From positions 372,001-436,000 of the forward strand of contig OZ287071.1 in NCBI GenBank assembly GCA_965645245.1: a stretch of 64,000 bases of DNA, read 5' to 3'. The position numbers and the translations under genes are program-made. The notes beneath the pieces were generated by a model that was not told the origin of the DNA, searched no databases, and saw nothing but the letters and a program-made list of their open reading frames with translations. Below are positions 61,614-64,000 of this stretch, piece by piece; positions within the stretch are counted from its first letter, which is position 1, and every line of letters starts with the position of its first letter. Origin of the DNA: Massalongia carnosa (lineage: Eukaryota).

Positions 61614-63383
61614 CGTGGCAACACATCACTAATCATTCGAGATGTCATCCATCTGCCAGCTAAGGGAGGCAAAACGGAATATATTGTTAGATGGTGAGGC
61701 TACCATTGGTTAGATGGTCAGGCTACCATCAATATAGGCATCCATCGTGATTCATACGGGTGTCTACCAGGCACCTATGGAGGTGCCTAACAGGCAGCTA
61801 TGGGAAGCCTACAGCATTACTGCTGTGTGACTGCTACAAAAGCAGGTAGATAGCCCACATAGATAATAACCCTCAATGACATGTATGCTTCTTATTTGCC
61901 CTACTTCCGTTTCATGATCAATAGCCTGGTGTTTCAACAGTATGTATAGAGATAATAGGAAGGTACCTCAAATTAGGTAGAAATGTCTAGTAATTTCAGG
62001 TATTGATCTATGAGAAAGATAAATTTGACATGCTTAAGTAATATTATACCATAAAGACAGGGTCCAAGTCTGCACGTGACGTATAATACGTGTCAGTTGG
62101 CCCAACTGACGTATTTTTCCTAGCCCTAGTGGTGAGGCAGCTACCTACAGCTAACTGCTTTGGGAGGGTTTAGAAGTTCCGGGTTGGGATGCCAGGAAGT
62201 TCAAGGTGGGTAGGGATTGGGGCGGGGTTTTCGGTGTCGGGGAGGGACTTTTCTCTATGGGATGATGGCGACCAGGCTTCATGCATATATTTGGCAGTCT
62301 AATGTTGAAAGTTAAAATAGCCGAAAGGGGTTTAGACTGGGGTTCAAGTAAGCCTTCCGTATAATCTAAATCTCGAAAGCTTTTGAAGGAATAGTTGAAT
62401 GATGAGTTTCTTATTTCGTCGCCGGCGAAACATTTTATTGTTCTTATTCTTATCACCCTTGAAAACCTAAAAGAGTTTTGTTCGGACCTCCTGTTTTCTA
62501 CAACCCTTCGCATTTCCAACCTACAGCCAGCGGAGCAAGAAATCTCTCGTTGTTTTAAGGTTTAACCTAATTTGATTGAGAAAAGAATATCTTTTATGGA
62601 CACGGTCGAGAGATATGATACGCTAAACAGTTATTTCAAAGGTTAAGAGAAAATGACATTAGGTGGCATGCTTCATGAAAGCGAATGAGAAGGTTAGGAT
62701 AGGCGATCACACAAGAGATAAATGGAATGTGTTAAAGAGCGCAAGGAGAACACGGGCATTGGGGGTGGCCCTCGAAATGACCTGTCACTTGGAAAATTTT
62801 ATGGGCGAACAAGGTTGAGATCAAAGAGCACGAAAGAAATCCACAACAAGGATTATGTTTACCCCCAGCAACTTAAACGGGTTGAGAGGGAAGAATAAGC
62901 CGGCTTATATATTTGCTCCTAATCACCCCCCACCAAAACCCTGTAAATCAGCCAACAATCATCGCTATAATGCCTGAAGAACGAGGCGCCATACGGATGC
63001 AGCAGTTACTAGAACCGCTATCATGAATCACTTCCTTGGATTTGAAGTCGGACCAGAAAAGCAGCGGCAACACTCGGAAACGGGGGGGTCTAATTAGAGA
63101 ACCGTGAGGTTTTCGTGATATAAATACATATATACTTCATCCTATCGTTAAGGTAGAAGGAGCAAAGGTACGGAAGGATTTTTCCAAACGCACTTTTCGT
63201 AGAACTTTCCATAATGGAGTCTTGGAAGGTACCGCTATTCACAAGTAAAATATAAAATACATATGCAACGGGGTTTGAGACTAAGAAAGCTTTCAATACA
63301 AGGCTTGTTAGATTTTGATGTTGGTTGAGGATAGGGGGTGAAGAAATATAGTTGTGATAGAAGGGAGAGGGGCGCATGCATGT

Positions 63384-64000
63384 CTATCGCTTGTTCCTGT
63401 TAGCCTGGTATTTTTCGTGCTTGGCAATAAGTTCTTTCCTATAAGGGTTGCGTTAGCGAGCTATTTGCAGGACGAGAAGCGCGCTCGCCTGTCACTTACT
63501 GTAGCTGCATCGGCGTAGGGCTATATGCGCTAAATTCCATACTAAATTCTCCCTTGCCCTGCGTAGCTGCCCTCAACAGGCTGGAAAAGCCAAACATGCT
63601 GTTGAGACTGCAATCAGCGTACAGCGTGAAATCTTCGGCCCCAATGTCCGTTTCATTTATGGTCGCATTGCGCTTGTTCAGTAGGCCTATGATGTTGCCC
63701 TGAAACTCATTCGGCGCCGTAATGGTCGTTTTCATAAGGGGCTCGAGGATCTGCGGGCGAGCAGTAATAAAGGCTTTGCGGAACGCTTGTCGCGTCGCAT
63801 TCTTGAAAGCCATTTCCGACGAATCGGTTATGTGTGTCACGCCGTCATTGATCACCATGCGGGTGCCGATGACGGGGTGGCCGACCAAGGGCCCTTTCTG
63901 ACAAGCTAGTTGGAAGCCTTTATCACAGGCGAACAGGAATTTCTCCGAGATTTTGCCACCAACAACCTGCTGAACGAACTCACCAGCCCCCAACGTACCA
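63384..64000 (-). CDS. MEF1: Mitochondrial elongation factor G1, 3' part; gene starts beyond the window
   Basis: DG.TH..DSSEMAF, ILEPLM and [15 protein letters not shown]. Intron 63439-63499 is followed by the final exon [17 protein letters not shown]. Confidence 0.93.

Larger units (their letters stand above)
57950..62128 (-). mobile_element. Complete hAT transposon containing a nested element
   Basis: TIR TAGGGCTAGGA / TCCTAGCCCTA, with a perfect 8-bp TSD GTGGTGAG at 57942-57949 and 62129-62136. Confidence 0.95.

Noticed and set aside
62151..63377. AT-rich stretch with short ORFs after the hAT
   Set aside because: It may be a decayed repeat, but no TIR, TSD or protein motif was found.
1140..64000. 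Functional cluster of mitochondrial genes (ISM1, SAM37, UGA2, MIC60, MEF1)
   Set aside because: They are interspersed with unrelated genes and the density is plausibly chance. The Puf-like UGUA motifs in their 3' UTRs are too short to support co-regulation.

Overview
This window is eukaryotic nuclear DNA from a filamentous ascomycete (Pezizomycotina), judged from short GT-AG introns with CTAAC/CTGAC branch points and fungal orthologues. Bases 1-54.2 kb hold about 17 mostly conserved genes: UPF0183 protein, mitochondrial IleRS, WD40 protein, Sam37/metaxin, ZIP zinc transporter, SREBP-type bHLH, a Leptosphaeria-type proton-pump rhodopsin, PBDC1/Ypl225w, Ste6-like ABC exporter, F-box protein, SSADH, Mtc4-like protein and Mic60. 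A transposon island (about 55.0-63.3 kb) follows, then the 3' end of mitochondrial EF-G. Two things stand out. (1) A gene-free 4.5 kb gap (12.3-16.8 kb) contains a candidate telomerase RNA gene on the minus strand: a UAACCCUAA template, a boundary hairpin 3 nt upstream, a 16/18-bp long-range enclosing helix and a possible pseudoknot. (2) A complete hAT transposon (8-bp TSD, intact transposase) carries a nested Tc1/mariner-like DD38E element that has CAC...GTG ends and a non-TA target duplication. All calls were made by eye and no searches were run.
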